Counted from the first letter of the stretch, positions 1 through 9,008 are shown. The stretch is 64,000 bases of DNA from Sideroxydans sp. (GCA_028687425.1 JAQUAD010000003.1:33945-97944); one strand, 5' to 3'. Notes: generated by a model not told the origin, from the letters alone. Translations and numbers: made by a program.

Positions 1-1
1 G

Positions 2-730
2 CTCACTGAATACCGGGTCAGCGAAAAATTCGATGGCATGCGCGGTTATTGGGACGGTCATCGACTGCTCTCGCGCGGCGGCGAGTTCATCCATGCGCCG
101 CAATGGTTCACCGCCGGCTGGCCGAATGTGCCGCTGGACGGCGAGTTGTGGATCGCACGCGGACAATTCACCCAGGCAGTTTCCATCATCCGCAAGCAGA
201 CGCCCGACGATGCCGAATGGCGGAAGATAAATTTCATGGTGTTCGATCTGCCGACCCATCCCGGTGTGTTCGACGAGCGCGATGCGGCCCTGCAACAGAT
301 CGTCGCGCGCGTCGGCCAGCCATGGCTGCAGCATGTCGTGCAGTTACGGGTGCGCGATCACGATGCGCTGCAAGCGATGCTTGAGCGCATCGTCGGGCAG
401 GGCGGCGAGGGATTGATGCTGCATCGCGGTGCGTCGCTTTATCGCGCCGAACGCAACGACGACCTGCTCAAGCTCAAGCCTTTTCAGGACGCAGATGCCC
501 GAGTCGTGGCGCATCTGCCGGGCAAGGGAAAGTACGCGGGCATGCTGGGCGCTCTGGAAGTGGAAACGCCCGAGGGAGTGCGCTTCCGTTTGGGAGGCGG
601 ACTCTCCGATGTGGATCGGCGAACGCCGCCGGCGCTGGGGAGCTGGGTCAGTTATCGCTACAACGGCGTGAACGAGGACACCGGCATCCCGCGTTTCGCC
701 CGCTTCCTGCGCATTCGCACAGACAAGTAA
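2..730 (+). CDS. ATP-dependent DNA ligase, small LigE-like type, 5'-truncated by window edge
   Basis: The frame is open back to nt 2. Translation from nt 2 reads LTEYRVSEKFDGMRGYWDG, so the KxDG adenylation motif lies upstream of the first Met of the tracked ORF 38..730. The rest (GEGLMLHR, LLKLKP, PRFARFLRIR) fits adenylation plus OB domains of minimal ATP ligases. Confidence 0.8.
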   Translation, partial: LTEYRVSEKFDGMRGYWDGHRLLSRGGEFIHAPQWFTAGWPNVPLDGELWIARGQFTQAVSIIRKQTPDDAEWRKINFMVFDLPTHPGVFDERDAALQQIVARVGQPWLQHVVQLRVRDHDALQAMLERIVGQGGEGLMLHRGASLYRAERNDDLLKLKPFQDADARVVAHLPGKGKYAGMLGALEVETPEGVRFRLGGGLSDVDRRTPPALGSWVSYRYNGVNEDTGIPRFARFLRIRTDK

Positions 731-753
731 AAGGAGCCGACTGCCGGGACACC

Positions 754-1473
754 CTATGCAAGGTCGTAACGCATCACCCGGTAGAAGCCGCCGAAGCAGT
801 ATTCGACGTGCGGCTCGCCGGCCAGCGATTTGCCCTGTTTACACAGGGCTTCTTCCAGTTTGGCCGTTACATCCTCCTGCCAGAATCCCGGCAGGAACGG
901 CTCCAGTGTTCCCAATATCCAGCGCGTAAGCGGGAAGCGATACAAGGGATGGTGATGCGGTGTCGCCGCGTATTCCGTCATCAGCACCGACCCGCCCGGC
1001 TTCAGCACGCGCGCCATCTCGTCGTAGACGTTCTGTCTGGCTTCCGTCGGCAACTCGTGGAACAGGAAGAACAGGATCAGCTGGTCGAATACATCGTTGG
1101 CATAGGCCAGTGTCTCGGCGTTCATACACGACAGGTGGATGCGGCGCGCGATGTCCTGCGTCTTGCTGCGTGCCAGTTGCAGTTGCCCGGTCGCCACATC
1201 GCACAGGTGAACCTCGTTGTCCGCGTTGCGGAACAGCGACGGCGTGAGCTTGCCGTAGACGCAGGTCAGCTGCAGCAGACGCGCACCGGAGCGTGCATCG
1301 ACATGGCGCAGCGTCTTGTGCAACAGCTTGTCGTATTGACCGAACAGGATGGCGTTGATGATGGGCTGATGGTCGAAGAACCAGATGCTCCTTTCCCACA
1401 GGTAGGCCCACCAGTAGTGATGGGCCAGATATTCCGGCACGCCACCCTTGATGAAGCGCTTGTAGATCGCCAT
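754..1473 (-). CDS. rquA: RquA-like class I methyltransferase-fold protein (candidate rhodoquinone biosynthesis enzyme)
   Basis: The ATG at 1473 (MAIYKRFIKGG) forms an ATGA overlap with the stop of the upstream SDR gene. The longer tracked ORF to 1596 would run into that gene. The N-terminus carries an YLAHHYWWAY motif. The position of methyltransferase motif I reads LLQLTCVYGKL instead of D/E-x-G-x-G-x-G. From memory, both features are characteristic of RquA. Confidence 0.5.
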   Translation of the reverse strand: MAIYKRFIKGGVPEYLAHHYWWAYLWERSIWFFDHQPIINAILFGQYDKLLHKTLRHVDARSGARLLQLTCVYGKLTPSLFRNADNEVHLCDVATGQLQLARSKTQDIARRIHLSCMNAETLAYANDVFDQLILFFLFHELPTEARQNVYDEMARVLKPGGSVLMTEYAATPHHHPLYRFPLTRWILGTLEPFLPGFWQEDVTAKLEEALCKQGKSLAGEPHVEYCFGGFYRVMRYDLA

Positions 1474-2231
1474 CAGTGCTCCGCGCGCGGCTTGTGCGGC
1501 GCGTTGGCAAACAGCAGGTCGTACAACCAGTTCGGCAGCAACTTCAATACGCGCCCGACCAGCGCCATCTGCCAGGGCACGACCTTGAATGAACAACCGC
1601 GCTCGATCACGCGCGCGAAGCGGTGTGCCGCGTCGTCCGCGTCCAGCATGAACGGCATGGGGTAAGGGTTGATGTCGGTCATCGGGGTGCGGATGTAGCC
1701 AGGACAGATGGTCACTACCTTGACGCCGCTGCCGCGCATTTCCAGGCGCAGGCTTTCCATGTACGAGTTCAGCGCCGCCTTGGAAGCGGAATACGCGCCC
1801 GCACCGGGCAGTCCGCGGAAACCGGCCACGCTGGCGATGCCGACCAGTCGGCCGCTGCCTGCTGCACGCATCTTTTCGATGAAGGGCTGGAAGGTTTGCA
1901 CCGCGCCCAGCACATTGATGTCCATCACATGCTTGAACACATCGTTGTCTTCCGCATGGCGGGTCAACGTGCCGATGCTCACCCCCGCGTTTGCGATCAC
2001 GATGTCCGGCACGCCGGCGCGCGCCATAAAATCGTGTGCGGCCGCATTGATCACGGCACCATCGCGCACGTCCAGCGTGTAAGGGAAGACTTTGTCGGGG
2101 AATTGCGAGGAGAGTTGCTGCAACAGTTCGCCGCGACGGGCGAAGGCGGCGACAGTTGCGCCGCGCTCAAGATAATGGCGCGCGAGGGCAAGACCGATGC
2201 CGCTCGACGCGCCGGAAATGACGACCCTCAT
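1473..2231 (-). CDS. SDR family oxidoreductase
   Basis: It has a TGxxxGxG-type cofactor motif (ISGASSGIGLALA) and a catalytic YxxxK (AYSASKAAL). Four-nt ATGA overlaps join it to both neighbours. Confidence 0.85.
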   Translation of the reverse strand: MRVVISGASSGIGLALARHYLERGATVAAFARRGELLQQLSSQFPDKVFPYTLDVRDGAVINAAAHDFMARAGVPDIVIANAGVSIGTLTRHAEDNDVFKHVMDINVLGAVQTFQPFIEKMRAAGSGRLVGIASVAGFRGLPGAGAYSASKAALNSYMESLRLEMRGSGVKVVTICPGYIRTPMTDINPYPMPFMLDADDAAHRFARVIERGCSFKVVPWQMALVGRVLKLLPNWLYDLLFANAPHKPRAEH

Positions 2232-2854
2232 TTATGCTTGCTGCGTTCCTTGCGGGCGATCTTGATGACTTCGTTCAGCACGCGGATGGTGTCTTGCGGC
2301 TCCAGCCCGGTGATGATGTATTTGCCATCCACCGCGATGGTCGGCGTGCCACGCACACCATAGCTGCGCACCAGCTGGTTGCTGCGCGCGACCTTGCCGG
2401 CCAGTGTGAACGAGTTGTAGGCCGCATCGAACTTGCTGCGATCCACACCGCGCTTGGCCACGAATGCCGAGATCTTTTCCTGGTCACTGAGGTCGGTACC
2501 GAACACGTTCCATGCCTGGAACAGGTCGTCATGCAGTTTTTCGCGCATGCCCAGTGCCTCCAGCGCGTAGAAGGTACGTGCCATCGGCTCCCAGGAATCG
2601 CGGAAGATGACCGGCACGAATTGCAGGTCTACATCCTTGGGCATGGTCTTCTCCCAGCTGCTAAGCGGGCCGTGCAGATGGAAGCAGTGGGAACAGCCGT
2701 AGAAGAAGAACTCCAGCACTTCCACTTTGCTGCCGCTGTCGGTCGGCTGCGCCGGGCTCAGCACCTGGTAGTCGCGCCCCGCCATCACACCAGCCTGGAC
2801 CTGCACCGCACACAACATCAACAGAACAACGAACAGTTTACGCATGAGAGTCAT
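2228..2854 (-). CDS. dsbA: thiol:disulfide interchange protein DsbA
   Basis: It has a signal peptide (LLMLCAVQVQA) and a thioredoxin-fold CxxC active site in FFFYGCSHCFHL. Size is about 208 aa. Confidence 0.9.
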   Translation of the reverse strand: MTLMRKLFVVLLMLCAVQVQAGVMAGRDYQVLSPAQPTDSGSKVEVLEFFFYGCSHCFHLHGPLSSWEKTMPKDVDLQFVPVIFRDSWEPMARTFYALEALGMREKLHDDLFQAWNVFGTDLSDQEKISAFVAKRGVDRSKFDAAYNSFTLAGKVARSNQLVRSYGVRGTPTIAVDGKYIITGLEPQDTIRVLNEVIKIARKERSKHK

Positions 2855-2869
2855 CTTCTTCTCCTGTGG

Positions 2870-3430
2870 TTATTGGGCACGCACCGCGGTGGCGGAGATG
2901 CCGTTTGCTTTCAGACTGGTGATGGTGGCGTTGGCGGCCGCCAGGCCCGCGAAGGGGCCAAGCCGGACACGATGCCACAAACCTTTTTCGGGGATATTGA
3001 CGCTGACGATGCTGGCCTCAAAGCCGCTCAGCGCCAGTCGCGCCTTGAGCTTCTCCGCATCATCCACATTCTGGAAAGAGCCTGCCTGCACCAGATAGGG
3101 CGTCGCATCGACCGGCGCTTTGGGCTGCGGCTTGGCGGCAGGAGACAGCTTGGGTGCCGTTGCACCTTCGGACTTGTCCGGCAACACCTTGTAGAACTCG
3201 AACTGCGGCTGCGCTGCCTGTTCAGCCGGCTCAGCCGGCTTCGGTTGCGGCACCACGATCTGCGGTACCGGCTTGGGCAATTCGCGCGCGACCGAAGGCT
3301 GGCTGAAGGTGGTCGGATTCTTCTTAACCATATACCAGGCGACGATGCCCGCAATGGAAACACCGATCACCATACCGATGATCAGCGACGCGAGCGCCTT
3401 GGATTTTTGCGATCCGCCTGCAGAGGCCAT
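2870..3430 (-). CDS. SPOR domain-containing membrane protein (FtsN/DedD-like)
   Basis: It has an N-terminal TM segment (LIIGMVIGVSIAGIVAWYMV), a Pro/Ala/Gln-rich linker, and a C-terminal SPOR-like segment (YLVQAGSFQNVDDAEKLKARLALSGFEA...RVRLGPF). Confidence 0.75.
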   Translation of the reverse strand: MASAGGSQKSKALASLIIGMVIGVSIAGIVAWYMVKKNPTTFSQPSVARELPKPVPQIVVPQPKPAEPAEQAAQPQFEFYKVLPDKSEGATAPKLSPAAKPQPKAPVDATPYLVQAGSFQNVDDAEKLKARLALSGFEASIVSVNIPEKGLWHRVRLGPFAGLAAANATITSLKANGISATAVRAQ

Positions 3431-3448
3431 GTTGTTCCTTTAGTGAAG

Positions 3449-5125
3449 TTACATTTGTTCGGGCGCTGAGACACCGAGCAATGACAAACCGTTCCGCAAC
3501 ACCTGCGCGATCGCCGCGATCAATGCCAGACGCGCCAGCTTGACCTGTTCGTCCTCGACCAGGAAGCGCGACGCATTGTAATAGCTGTGAAAATCAGCGG
3601 CAAAATCCTTCAGATAAACCGCGATCTGGTGCGGCGCGAGATCATTGGCCGCGGTCTCGATCACCGTCGGGAAATCGATCATCTTCTGCAACAACACCTT
3701 CTCGTAATCGCTTTCCAGCACGGACAGGTCGACCGTGTGCAGCGCCTGCTTGTCCCCGCCCCACTGCGCCAGTACCGTGCTGATACGCGCGTGCGCATAC
3801 TGGATGTAATACACCGGGTTGTCGTTGCTCTGCGATTTCGCCAGGTCGATGTCAAACACCAGCTGCGAATCGGGCGAGCGTGCCGCGAGGAAGTAGCGCG
3901 TCGCATCGCAACCCACTTCATCGATCAGGTCGCGCAGGGTCACATAGCTGCCCGCGCGCTTGGAGATCTTCACCTCTTCGCCGTTCTTCAGCACCGTCAC
4001 CATCTGGTGCAACACATAGTCCGGCCAGCCCTTGGGGATGCCTTCGTCCAGCGCCTGCAGACCGGCACGCACGCGGGTGATGGTGGAGTGGTGATCGGAA
4101 CCCTGCTCGTTGATCACGCGCACAAAACCGCGTTTCCACTTCTCCAGATGGTAGGCCACGTCCGGTACGAAATAGGTGTAGCCGCCGTCGCTCTTGCGCA
4201 TCACACGGTCTTTGTCGTCGCCGAAATCGGTGGTGCGCAACCACAGCGCATCGTCCTGCTCGTAAGTGTGGCCGCTGGCGATCAGCTTCTGCACCGTCGC
4301 CTCCACCTTGCCCTCGGTATACAGCGCGGACTCCAGCGAGAACACATCGAACTCCACCTGGAAGGCGCGCAAGTCCAGATCCTGTTCGCGGCGCAGATAA
4401 GCCACCGCAAAATGGCGGATCGCTTCCTTGTCCTCCACATCGCCCTTACCGGTGATGTGCTGGTCGTCCGCCTCCACGGTCTCTTTCGCCATGTACGCAT
4501 TCGCCACGTCCGCGATGTAATCGCCGCGATAACCCGAGTCCGGCCAGGACGGATCGTCCGGCGTCACGCCCTTGCAACGCAACTGCACCGACAAGGTCAG
4601 GTTGTCGATCTGCACACCCGCATCGTTGTAATAGAACTCGCGCGTCACGTTCCAGCCCGCCGCATGCAGCACGTTGCACAGGCAATCGCCCACCGCCGCA
4701 CCGCGACCGTGACCCACATGCAAAGGCCCGGTCGGATTCGCCGACACGAACTCCACACCCACCTTGCGCCCCTGCCCCACATGCCCATGGCCGTAACCCG
4801 CGCCCGCCGTCAGCACGCTGTTCACCACCGCCTGCTTGGCAGCCGGCGCGATGAACACATTGATGAAACCCGCCCCCGCGATCTCCACCTTCTCGATGAA
4901 ATCGGTCTTGGGCAACGCCGCGATCAGTGCATTGGCGATGTCGCGCGGCGACTTGCGCAAAGGCTTGGCCAACTGCATCGCCAGGTTGCAGGCGTAATCG
5001 CCATGCGCGGTCTGCTTGGGGCGTTCAATGAGAATGGACGTGTCCGCCGACTCCGGCGACACCTCGCGCAAAGCCTGCGCGAACAATTCGGAAAGATGGG
5101 ATCTGAAATTCAGGACTACGGACAT
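3449..5125 (-). CDS. argS: arginine--tRNA ligase
   Basis: The 558-aa product has a class I HIGH-type motif ([13 protein letters not shown]). Overall layout is typical ArgS, including a C-terminal anticodon-binding region ending [10 protein letters not shown]. Confidence 0.96.
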   Translation of the reverse strand: MSVVLNFRSHLSELFAQALREVSPESADTSILIERPKQTAHGDYACNLAMQLAKPLRKSPRDIANALIAALPKTDFIEKVEIAGAGFINVFIAPAAKQAVVNSVLTAGAGYGHGHVGQGRKVGVEFVSANPTGPLHVGHGRGAAVGDCLCNVLHAAGWNVTREFYYNDAGVQIDNLTLSVQLRCKGVTPDDPSWPDSGYRGDYIADVANAYMAKETVEADDQHITGKGDVEDKEAIRHFAVAYLRREQDLDLRAFQVEFDVFSLESALYTEGKVEATVQKLIASGHTYEQDDALWLRTTDFGDDKDRVMRKSDGGYTYFVPDVAYHLEKWKRGFVRVINEQGSDHHSTITRVRAGLQALDEGIPKGWPDYVLHQMVTVLKNGEEVKISKRAGSYVTLRDLIDEVGCDATRYFLAARSPDSQLVFDIDLAKSQSNDNPVYYIQYAHARISTVLAQWGGDKQALHTVDLSVLESDYEKVLLQKMIDFPTVIETAANDLAPHQIAVYLKDFAADFHSYYNASRFLVEDEQVKLARLALIAAIAQVLRNGLSLLGVSAPEQM

Positions 5126-5246
5126 TGCGGGACGCCTTCAAAAGAGGCGCGGATTATAGCATTGGGGGGAGGGGTATCGCCTATGACCGTTCGTCCTGAG
5201 TAGGCGCAGCCGTATCGAAGGATGGGCGAAGCCCGCTGGTTTCATT

Positions 5247-5267
5247 CCCTCTCCCGCCGGGGGAGGG
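5247..5267. repeat. REP-like GC-rich hairpin (ccctctcccgcc/gggggaggg)
   Basis: It is an imperfect palindrome, ccctctcccgccgggggaggg. A related hairpin occurs at 43665..43686. Confidence 0.6.
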
Positions 5268-5299
5268 TTAGGGTGGGGGAAGGTTTTTCGCTGCTCCTG

Positions 5300-5521
5300 A
5301 TTAAATTCAAAACCAACACCGTCGGGGGTGGCCCGACAGCCAGTCACTTTTCTCGTCTTGCCGAGAAAAGTAACCAAAAGAGGGCGCCCCCGGTGCAGCG
5401 CCCCTTCGGGGTTCCCTGCGTTGCTCGACTGGTCAGGCGGCTGCGGAACTCGCGCTACGCGCTCAAACAGTCCTCGCCGACTACCCCTGACCAGTCTCCG
5501 CTACTCGGCGGCGCACAGGGG
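5300..5521 (+). repeat. repeat unit copy A (about 210 bp)
   Basis: I reverse-complemented 5648..5881 by hand. It aligns along its length with this segment, for example accgtcgggggtggcccgacagccagtcactttt... versus accgtcgggggttgcccgacagcaagttactttc..., and ...ctactcggcggcgcacagggg versus ...ctactcggcggcgctcaaggg. Identity is about three quarters by eye. An internal hairpin acttttctcg-tcttgc-cgagaaaagt is present. Confidence 0.75.
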
Positions 5522-5647
5522 AGGAAATTCGAAATCCCAAAACCATAAATTCCAAAGCCAACCTGCGATGCGGGCTTGCCCGCATCACCAAACCCAAAGG
5601 AAGAAACGTGCGCAAAGCGCACACAAAACCGTCTTTGACTTTCATTC

Positions 5648-5881
5648 CCTTGAGCGCCGCCGAGTAGCGCAGGACGGGCGGGGGTAGTCCGACGAATATG
5701 TTTGAGCACGTGGCCGCGTAGCGGATCGTGCGAGTTTATGAGGAAGCCCGACCGTTCGAGCAACGCAGGGCACCCCGCAGGGGCGGCAAACCAGGGGCGC
5801 CTTTTCTTTGGTTACTTTCTTTTGGCGAAGCAAAAGAAAGTAACTTGCTGTCGGGCAACCCCCGACGGTTTTGACTTTGAT
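5648..5881 (-). repeat. repeat unit copy B (inverted relative to copy A)
   Basis: The alignment is the same one given for copy A. Its internal hairpin is ctttcttttg-gcgaagc-aaaagaaag. Confidence 0.75.
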
Positions 5882-5946
5882 GGGTATCGCTACGCTTTCA
5901 TCCCCGAAAGGAGATGCCCCATCCTACGCTTGTTTGAACATGGGCT

Positions 5947-6672
5947 TTACCCAGACCATGGTAGCCCAGCAAGGTATTCGTTCATTTTCTTCGTATCTAA
6001 CCACCCACAAGTGCCGAAGGTGGTGTTGATAAAGTAGCGGTGAAGTGCCATATCAAACCTTTCAACGCGCAGTTTGCTTCCCTGTTTTAGGAACGTCTGA
6101 TCACACTGCGCCTTTTCAAGGAGAATGTCCTTATTTGCCGTTGCATCCACTCCTACAGAGTGGATTGTCTGCGGCAGGAGAGTGAGCTGTGTTCCTTCAG
6201 CATTTAGGCGGTAGATTTGTTGACTAAACCAGAAGCCTTCCCAAGTAGGCACCCCGAGAGTGCCATCACCATTAATTTGCACATCGCAACCAACCCCTGT
6301 TTGGAATTTCAATAATTGGATAAGTTGCTTAGAAGAATAAGCCAGAACGAAATACTCACATGACAACGGCTCTTGCATTTTAACGAGCAACTGCTTTGAT
6401 GAAAGATTGCGATCCAGAGAAACAACAGTGAGTTTTGGCAGCTCGCCATCTGCAGCGTAGTAAGCCCCTGCATAATTGGAGTTCCCGATTTGAATAGAAA
6501 ACTTTTTGTACTCCTCTGCCTCGGAATCCGAATCCAGAACTGAGGCCACGACAATCTCGGGTTTCTTGTCCCCATCCAAATCCGCACTTAATTCCGCGTA
6601 ATCTGAGGCCGAAGCATGAATTGAAGTTAGCCCTATCACCAGCGCAAACACCATGTAACAGTAGCTATTCAT
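5947..6672 (-). CDS. hypothetical secreted protein (AT-rich orphan)
   Basis: This is the only long ORF in an AT-rich stretch. A hand count of line 6301 gives 19/60 GC. It has a signal peptide (MVFALVIGLTSIHASA) and a DLDGDKKPEIVV motif reminiscent of FG-GAP/VCBS calcium sites. I recognise no family. Confidence 0.5.
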   Translation of the reverse strand: MNSYCYMVFALVIGLTSIHASASDYAELSADLDGDKKPEIVVASVLDSDSEAEEYKKFSIQIGNSNYAGAYYAADGELPKLTVVSLDRNLSSKQLLVKMQEPLSCEYFVLAYSSKQLIQLLKFQTGVGCDVQINGDGTLGVPTWEGFWFSQQIYRLNAEGTQLTLLPQTIHSVGVDATANKDILLEKAQCDQTFLKQGSKLRVERFDMALHRYFINTTFGTCGWLDTKKMNEYLAGLPWSG

Positions 6673-6743
6673 AGGGCACCCCTATCCGACAACAAAGTAT
6701 CAGTAAGATGAGATGAGCGAGCCGCATTTGCCCATACACGCTA

Positions 6744-7565
6744 TCACTCCCCCGCCGCCAACCTAACCATATACTGCCCCGACTTCTCATCCTTAACCAA
6801 CACCACCATCTTGTGCCTCTGCGCATCCTCGATCAGCTCCTTGAATGAGCGATAACCATAATACGTCTCGGTGAAACCGGGGCGACGGCGTTGCATGGTC
6901 GGCTTGACCATGGAGCTCCATATCTTCTCGTCGGAGCCGCGTTCGGAGATGAGACCTTCCACGGTCTCGACCAGAAAATCCATGGCCTCCTGTTTCTTGT
7001 CATCGTCGCTCTTGGTGGCGGGCTTGGCTTTCTCCATCTTGGCCTTGGCGGGCGCTTTCTTGGCAGCCTGTTTCTTCTTGGCTTCCTGCACACGCACCAG
7101 ATCATCGTAGAAGATGAATTCGTCGCAATTGGCACTGAGCAGGTCGGATGTCGAATCCTTCACGCCGATGCCGATCACATACTTGTTGTTCTCGCGCAGC
7201 TTGGAGACCAGCGGCGAGAAGTCGGAGTCGCCGCTGATGATGACGAAGGTGTCGACGTGGGATTTGGTGTAGCAGAGGTCTAGCGCATCGACGACGAGGC
7301 GGATGTCGGCGGAGTTCTTGCCGCTTTGCCGTACATGGGGGATCTCGATCAGTTCGAACGAGGCTTCGTGCATGGGGGCTTTGAATTCCTTGTAGCGCTC
7401 CCAGTCGCAATAGGCTTTTTTGACCACGATGCTGCCTTTGAGCAGCAGGCGTTCCAGCACTTTCTTGATGTCGAACTGCGCGTATTTGGCGTCGCGCACG
7501 CCCAGCGCCACGTTCTCGAAGTCGCAGAACAGGGCCATGTTGGTGATCTCGGGTTGGTTCGCCAT
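6744..7565 (-). CDS. NYN (LabA-like) domain protein with Lys/Ala-rich linker and C-terminal OST-HTH/LOTUS-like domain
   Basis: The N-terminal region (ALFCDFENV...GKNSADIRLVVDA...VIISGDSDFSPLV) carries the acidic residues of NYN/PIN-like nucleases. The linker is QEAKKKQAAKKAPAKAKMEKAKPATKSDDDKK. The C-terminal roughly 80 aa fit the LOTUS layout. Confidence 0.8.
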   Translation of the reverse strand: MANQPEITNMALFCDFENVALGVRDAKYAQFDIKKVLERLLLKGSIVVKKAYCDWERYKEFKAPMHEASFELIEIPHVRQSGKNSADIRLVVDALDLCYTKSHVDTFVIISGDSDFSPLVSKLRENNKYVIGIGVKDSTSDLLSANCDEFIFYDDLVRVQEAKKKQAAKKAPAKAKMEKAKPATKSDDDKKQEAMDFLVETVEGLISERGSDEKIWSSMVKPTMQRRRPGFTETYYGYRSFKELIEDAQRHKMVVLVKDEKSGQYMVRLAAGE

Positions 7566-7598
7566 CGTTGCCTCCGTGTGCGCTGCGATGGCGGGAGC

Positions 7599-9008
7599 TT
7601 ACACCACCTTGCCGGGGTTCATCAGACCCTGCGGGTCGAGGGTATGTTTGATGTTGCGCATCAGGTCCAGCTCCTGTGCGCTCTTGTAGTGGGTGACCTC
7701 ATCGCGCTTGAGCTGGCCCAGACCGTGTTCAGCGCTGATGCTGCCGTCCAGCGACGCGACGACCTGATACACGATGCGGTTCACATCGTGCTCATGCTGC
7801 TTGATGAAGACGTCGTTCTGCGCAGCAGCTAGCATGGAGATGTTGTAGTGGATGTTGCCGTCGCCCATGTGGCCGAAGGCGACGATGCGTATGCCCTGAT
7901 ACGAATCGCGCAGTGCCGCGCTGGCATCGGCGATGAACTCCGCCACGCGGCTGACCGGCACCGACACGTCGTGCTTGATGCTGATGCCTTCGGCCTTTTG
8001 TGCTTCGGCGATGTTTTTGCGCAAACGCCACCAGCGCTCGGCATGGGTTTCGTCGGTGGTGATGTCGTAGGTGATGACGCCATCGAATCCCTCCAGAGCC
8101 GTGCGCAGGGCTTCATCCAGCGGGCCGGGCAGGACATTGCTCAGCTTGGTGATGATCAGCCATTCGTGCGGCACGGCGAAAGGTTCATGCGTGTCGTCTA
8201 TGTGTTTGAACACCAGGTCGAGACAGGAACGCGAGATGAGTTCGAAGCCGCTGATGGTGTCACCGCAGGTGGCGCGCAGGTGCGCGAGCAGTGCGACACC
8301 TGCTGCCGGGTCGCGCACGGCGATGCAGGCGGTGGCGGTGGCGCGCGGACGCGGGAACAGTTTGAGTACGGCGGCTGTGATGATGCCCAGTGTGCCTTCG
8401 GCGCCGATGAACAGGTGCTTGAGGTCGTAGCCGGTGTTGTCCTTGCGCAGGCGGCGCAGGCCGTGCCAGATGTTGCCGTCCGGCAAGACCACTTCCAGCC
8501 CCAACACCAAGTCGCGCGCATTGCCGTAACGCAGCACACCGATGCCGCCCGCGTTGGTGGACAGGTTGCCGCCGATCTCGCAGTGCGGCGCGATGGCGGT
8601 GAGGCCGAGCGGGAACAACCGGTCAGCCTGCTCGGCAGCTTCATACAGCGCAGCGAGCTTGCAACCCGCTTCCACCGTCATGGTGTAGTTGGTGGCGTCC
8701 ACTTCGCGGATGCGGTTCATGCGCGACAGGTTGATGATGATCTGCGGGGTTCCGTCCGCCAGCGGCACCGATGCGCCGCACAAGCTGGTGTTGCCGCCCT
8801 GCGGCACCATGGCGACGCGCTGCTTGGCGCACAGCTGCACCACTTCGGAGACTTGTTGTGTATTGGCGGGAAACACTACGGCAATCGCTGACCCTTGATA
8901 ACGGCCGCGCCAGTCTTTGCAGTGACCGGCCATTGCGTCGCCTGTCAAAACGTTATCGCCGCCCGTAACGGCGGCGATACGCAATAGCAATGTTTCTGTT
9001 GAACTCAC
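7599..9008 (-). CDS. FAD-binding oxidoreductase, GlcD / D-2-hydroxyacid dehydrogenase-like
   Basis: The 469-aa product has an FAD-binding PCMH-type N-terminal half (VVFPANTQQVSEVVQLC...VPQGGNTSL) and a C-terminal FAD-linked oxidase domain ending DPQGLMNPGKV. The start is a GTG forming a GTGA overlap with the stop of the upstream gene. Confidence 0.85.
   Translation of the reverse strand: MSSTETLLLRIAAVTGGDNVLTGDAMAGHCKDWRGRYQGSAIAVVFPANTQQVSEVVQLCAKQRVAMVPQGGNTSLCGASVPLADGTPQIIINLSRMNRIREVDATNYTMTVEAGCKLAALYEAAEQADRLFPLGLTAIAPHCEIGGNLSTNAGGIGVLRYGNARDLVLGLEVVLPDGNIWHGLRRLRKDNTGYDLKHLFIGAEGTLGIITAAVLKLFPRPRATATACIAVRDPAAGVALLAHLRATCGDTISGFELISRSCLDLVFKHIDDTHEPFAVPHEWLIITKLSNVLPGPLDEALRTALEGFDGVITYDITTDETHAERWWRLRKNIAEAQKAEGISIKHDVSVPVSRVAEFIADASAALRDSYQGIRIVAFGHMGDGNIHYNISMLAAAQNDVFIKQHEHDVNRIVYQVVASLDGSISAEHGLGQLKRDEVTHYKSAQELDLMRNIKHTLDPQGLMNPGKVV

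Larger units (their letters stand above)
5126..5946. repeat. intergenic mosaic of repetitive elements (REP/MITE-like), no credible CDS
   Basis: See the sub-features. The region contains a GC-rich REP hairpin, two diverged inverted copies of a roughly 210-bp unit, and central hairpins gatgcgggcttgcccgcatc (about 5566-5585) and gtgcgcaaagcgcac (about 5609-5623). Similar 13-nt strings, gggtatcgcctatg near 5172 and gggtatcgctacg near 5882, flank the block. Confidence 0.8.

Noticed and set aside
3587-5203. 538-aa plus-strand ORF over argS. Similar shadow ORFs occur at 13388..15028, 18133..19785, 34622..36031, 41378..42787, 49690..51099 and 58025..59749.
   Set aside because: All are antisense or out-of-frame shadows of confidently identified genes (argS, gltD, gltB, hemL/thiE, lptD, the GltD-like gene and metH). 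All have compositionally biased translations and no start-site context.
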